A stretch of DNA of 64,000 nt from Gekko japonicus (Eukaryota). A model generated the notes under the pieces. The model was given only the letters and a program-made list of their open reading frames with translations, searched no databases and had not been told where the DNA came from. Position numbers and translations under genes: made by a program. Position 1 is the stretch's first letter; the number at the start of each line of letters is the position of its first letter. Shown one piece after another: positions 60,401 through 64,000 of the stretch. Location: NCBI RefSeq assembly GCF_001447785.1, contig NW_015173122.1, positions 1,437,541-1,501,540 of the forward strand, written 5' to 3'.

Positions 60401-61468
60401 TCTCAGAAATTGTATCTGTAATTTTTAAATAGGATAATGAATCAGAAATCGCATGTATGTATTTCTGTTTTGATTTCATTTACATAGGCAAGTATATTTT
60501 GTGTCACAGTGATTCTTTCATATGCACTCATTTCAAGAATAATTAGATTGATTTTAAATAAAAATCTTAAGATAAACCTGAGTGATCTTTGGCTGGGATA
60601 CAAGTTTTTCACTTGACACCTGGAAATAAACTTCTGACCTTTTCAGACAGAGGGCTATAATAATAGAGATTGGGCATCAAAGAGAGTAGCCATCTCAGTA
60701 TGGCCCAGTGATTTAGTGGTTAAGGCATCACTTTGGAACAGGCAAAGAAACCCTTCATTTCCATGTGTTTTAAAAGGCATGCTTCCCTTAGTTGGGGGGG
60801 AGGGGGACACAGTTCACCTGTTGCAGGCTAGTTGCAGTGCCAGCAAAAGTATCTTGATAGTTGTTCACAGCTTTCGGAAGATAAAAGTGTTACTCTTTGA
60901 GGATTTGCAGGGGTGATGTTGGGCTGGTAGGCTCCCATCCTGTGTCTCCCTTCCCCAGTTAGGTCCACTAAAGCTGTGGTCGTCACCATATTCAACTTCC
61001 TTGTGACTGTGGGAGCAACATTTGCCTGCACCTATCTGGGCAGCCAGTATATCTTTACAGAAATGGCAGCGGTGAGTGATGATGCGGGGGGGGGGGGGGT
61101 GATGGGGGGGGGGGGGGGGGGGGTGATGCACGAGCACCTTTTTATTGCCAGTAATTTCTACCCACAAAGCTCAGAAATCCTGTAATGTCCCCGCTGAGTC
61201 TCATTTCTATAAATAAAAGAGAAACTGACATAGATGCTGAGCGATGGGGCATGTGCTTCTTTGACAGCTTGCAAAAGCCAGGCATACTCTCTGTGCCGGG
61301 CCAGAGCTGTGACTGTGGCTCGCCCAGTGGAAATGCACAAGGCAGAACTGACTCGTCTTCCCTCTTTNNNNNNNNNNNNNNNNNNNNNNNNNNNNNNNNT
61401 CAGTGGTGGGTTTGGCAGAGCTATACGTGATGGTGAGGACTCTGGAAGGGGAACTTGGAGAGCTGTGA
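54278..61468 (+). CDS. TMEM199: TMEM199 (Vma12 homologue, V-ATPase assembly factor), 6 exons
   Basis: Exons 54278-54446, 56546-56619, 56831-56920, 57999-58041, 60959-61071, about 61373-61468 (start in N gap). Motifs [21 protein letters not shown]...[37 protein letters not shown]...LGEL*. AATAAA at 61991. Confidence 0.95.
55090..56172 (+). mobile_element. Degenerate L2 LINE 3' part
   Basis: [12 protein letters not shown]...[11 protein letters not shown]...APSLWNSLP; ATAA tail. Confidence 0.8.
56546..56619 (+). CDS. TMEM199: TMEM199 exon 2
   Basis: [24 protein letters not shown]. Confidence 0.93.
56831..56920 (+). CDS. TMEM199: TMEM199 exon 3
   Basis: [30 protein letters not shown]. Confidence 0.94.
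57119..57594. mobile_element. hAT (Charlie-like) MITE
   Basis: CAGGGGTGTCAAAC / GTTCAACACCCCTG; TSD CACTAGTT. Confidence 0.88.
57999..58041 (+). CDS. TMEM199: TMEM199 exon 4
   Basis: [14 protein letters not shown]; pyrimidine tract plus TAG acceptor, GT donor. Confidence 0.88.
59305..59633 (-). mobile_element. Sauria SINE inside a CR1 fragment (about 59040-59935)
   Basis: Reverse complement of the 13578 family; TSD GCTTCTTT. Confidence 0.88.
60959..61071 (+). CDS. TMEM199: TMEM199 exon 5
   Basis: [38 protein letters not shown]. Confidence 0.93.
61368..61399. other. 32-N gap
   Basis: Run of N overlapping the TMEM199 exon 6 acceptor. Confidence 0.99.
61373..61468 (+). CDS. TMEM199: TMEM199 exon 6 (5' end inferred within N gap)
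   Basis: After the gap: [22 protein letters not shown]. Confidence 0.85.
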   Translation, partial: XXXXXXXXXSVVGLAELYVMVRTLEGELGEL

Positions 61469-62353
61469 CCTGAGTGGACTCCTGAATTCTTTCCAACCCT
61501 GATTCTTCAGCGTATCAGACTTTCCCCAAAAAAGCAGTCAGAGATCTCCTGCATATCCCAGAAGGGGCCACCTCTCTAACTTCCTCAGCAGCTGCTGGCT
61601 GTGGACAAATTCAAGACTTTTGCCCTCTGATGCAAGAAGCTACCTGAGACAAGGTCTTTCGTGTGCCCCTCCTTTCTTCCAACAAGCTCGCTCAGGCTCA
61701 CCGGTCTTTTCTCCATGCAAGTGCTGTCGTTCACAGCTGTTGGGTGTGAGTGGGGCCTCCCTACAGCTGTTGACAAGAAAAGCAGTTTCCCGCCAGCACT
61801 GAAAGATACATGGTCGTCTCACATCTTGATACCACTTCTGTGGGCTGTGACACCTCCACGGACAGGGACAGAGGGACCAGTCTTTTCTCTATTGTGATAA
61901 ACCTGTGAAATGCAATGCCTTATTTCTGGCTGTTTAGGTTCTGTAAAGTTGGTGTCTTGCCTTGTTTAGAAGTGGATTTCTACTGTGTGCAATAAACTCA
62001 CTAATGAAAGCGGTTCATGAGTTACAGGTCAGCCTCAAGAGCTGGGACCAAGTCTGCGTTTCTCCTGAATTCGGCTCCCTCTCTGCGCTATTCCTAGAGA
62101 AGGTGGGACTGGGTCTTCTCTGAGTATTCATCCTTGTTTTTCACTTAACTCCAGATAGGTAGCTTCCTTTAAGCAGTTGGGCCTCCGACCTGTATGCTTT
62201 GAGCTGGGTGCTGTTAAATTTGGTCTAATACGTTTAGAACAAAGATAAGGCTGTGGTTTGTAAGAGGATGGAAGCAGCTCTAAAGTGGGGGGGGGGGCTC
62301 TTCCCCCAGTGGCCTCAGGCTCCCACCTTTTCAGCCAGATGCTGTTTTGCTTA

Positions 62354-63060
62354 TCATAGAATGTTAGCATTGGAAGGGACCTCGCAGGTCATCTAGTCCA
62401 ACCCCCTGCCCTCTGCAGGAGCATAGCCGAAAGATAGCCCTACATACCTACAACGTACCCGAAAGATGGTCGTCCAGCCTTCGCTTGAAAACGTCCAGCA
62501 AAGGAGCATTCACCACCTCCCGAGGCAGACTGTTCCACTGCTCAACCACTCTTACAGTTAGGAAGTTTCTCCGGATATTTAGCCGGTAACGGCTCCCTTG
62601 TAATTTCCACCCATTAGATCTAGTCTTGCAATCCGGAGCAAGAGAGAATAGATCCGCTCCATCTTCTACATGACAGCCCTTCAAATACTTGAAGACTGCA
62701 ATCATGTCCCCTCTAAGCCTTCTCTTTCCCAGGCTAAACATACCCAACTCGTTCAGCCTTTCCTCATAAGACTTGGATTCCAACCCTCTCACCATCCTGG
62801 TTGCCCTCTTCCGGACACGCTCGAGCTTGTCAACATCCTTCCTAAAATGTGGTGCCCAAAACTGGACACAGTACTCCAGGTGAGGCCTGACCGTAGCAGA
62901 ATAGAGCGGAACTACCACCTCCCGCGATCTGGACACAATGCTTCCGTTAATGCATCCTAAGATTGCATTAGCTTTCTTCACAGCCACATCGCACTGCAGG
63001 CTCATGTTTAGCTTGTGATCAACCAGAACACCCAGATCCCTTTCACATGTGCTCCTGCTT
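62354..63060 (-). mobile_element. CR1 LINE 3' fragment
   Basis: ERDLGVLVD...RPHLEYCVQFWAP...RLRGDMI...WNSLP; ATTCTATGA terminus. Confidence 0.9.
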
Positions 63061-63479
63061 GTCCCCTTGCTTCTATGTCTGCTGTCACTCACACACATGC
63101 CCCAGGGAACATTATCAGGATGAGCAGTTGGGAATGAGAAGTGTGCTGAAGAGCACAGCCTGCCTCTTAGCTGTTGATTAGCCTTTTCTTCTGGGATTTG
63201 CTTGATCCTTCTGAAAAGCTGTGCACAGCCCTTGTGCCGTGACGTCATCCCGTTTGCACTGAGTTCCCCAAGGGGGCGGCATGAAGATGCGCTTCTTCCA
63301 TCCTGAAGCCTGCTTCTCATCAGAGTCACTAGAGAATCCCTGAATCATGGGGTTGGGAAGAGTAATTTGATTTGCTCTTCCCTGCTTGTATCTCTTCCAG
63401 TAAGTACCTCGCTGAGGCTGTGGATGGCCCAGGGTAGTCAGATCTCGGAAGCTAAACAGAGTCAGCCCTGGTTAAATAC

Positions 63480-63764
63480 AGCCAGTTTGGTGTAGTGGTT
63501 AAGTGCGCGGACTCTAATCTGGGAGAACCGGGTTTGATTCCCCACTCCTCCACTTGCACCTGGCTGGGTGACCTTGGGCAAGCCGTAGCTCTGATAAGAG
63601 CTGTTCTTGAAAAAGAGCCGTTTCTGTCAAGAGCTCTCTCAGCCCCACCCACCTCACAGGGTGTCTGTTGTGGGGAGGGGAAGGGAAAGGAGTTTGTCAG
63701 CCGCTCTGAGACACCTTTGGGTAGTGAAGGGCCATGGGGTATAAATCCAACCTCTTCTCCTTCT
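63480..63764 (+). mobile_element. tRNA-derived SINE inserted into a 5S-derived SINE (about 63420-63781)
   Basis: TSD TAAATAC; the 5S sequence resumes as TTGGATGGGAG after the insert. Confidence 0.85.
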
Positions 63765-63782
63765 AAATACTTGGATGGGAGT

Positions 63783-64000
63783 CAGTGTTCCCTCCAAGCT
63801 GAGTTAGTGTGAGCTAGCTCACAGTTTTTTAGCCTCTGGCTCACACATTTTTGTCTTAGCTCAGGAAGGATGGCTCCAGAGCAATGTACCCTCTAAGCTG
63901 TGGAGTCTTGTGAGCAAAAAAATCTACTTTGTGAGCTACTGGCATTCAAGTTGTGAGCGAGCAATTTTGGCTGCTGCATAAATCAGTTTGCTCTGGAGTC
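63783..64000. mobile_element. hAT MITE with an opposite-orientation copy starting at 63882 (self-nested; runs off the window)
   Basis: CAGTGTTCCCTC start at 63783; opposite terminus CAATGTACCCTCTAAG at 63882. Confidence 0.75.

Overview
Vertebrate genomic DNA from a squamate reptile, probably a gecko. The taxon is inferred from Sauria/Squam-type SINEs and the accompanying L2, CR1, RTE-X and hAT repeats. Four spliced genes were reconstructed by hand with GT-AG boundaries and consistent reading phases: SMG6 (minus strand, exons 1-8, continuing off the left edge), TSR1 (minus, 15 exons, complete, hosting one SNORD91 box C/D snoRNA in intron 10), POLDIP2 (minus, 11 exons, complete) and TMEM199 (plus, 6 exons, start of exon 6 hidden in a 32-N gap). 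The rest is a dense, nested transposon landscape. The most unusual items are: (1) a 2.3-kb almost wholly palindromic foldback element (TG..CA TIRs, 7-bp TSD, two head-to-head arrays of a 61-bp unit) inserted into a Sauria SINE just upstream of the SMG6 promoter; (2) no serine racemase (SRR) gene between SMG6 and TSR1, where mammals have it; (3) an internally deleted DIRS element with both ends intact; (4) a Helitron inside a palindromic MITE; (5) a candidate internal SMG6 promoter. No CRISPR, tRNA or rRNA genes were found. All family assignments rest on recognising motifs, not on database searches.
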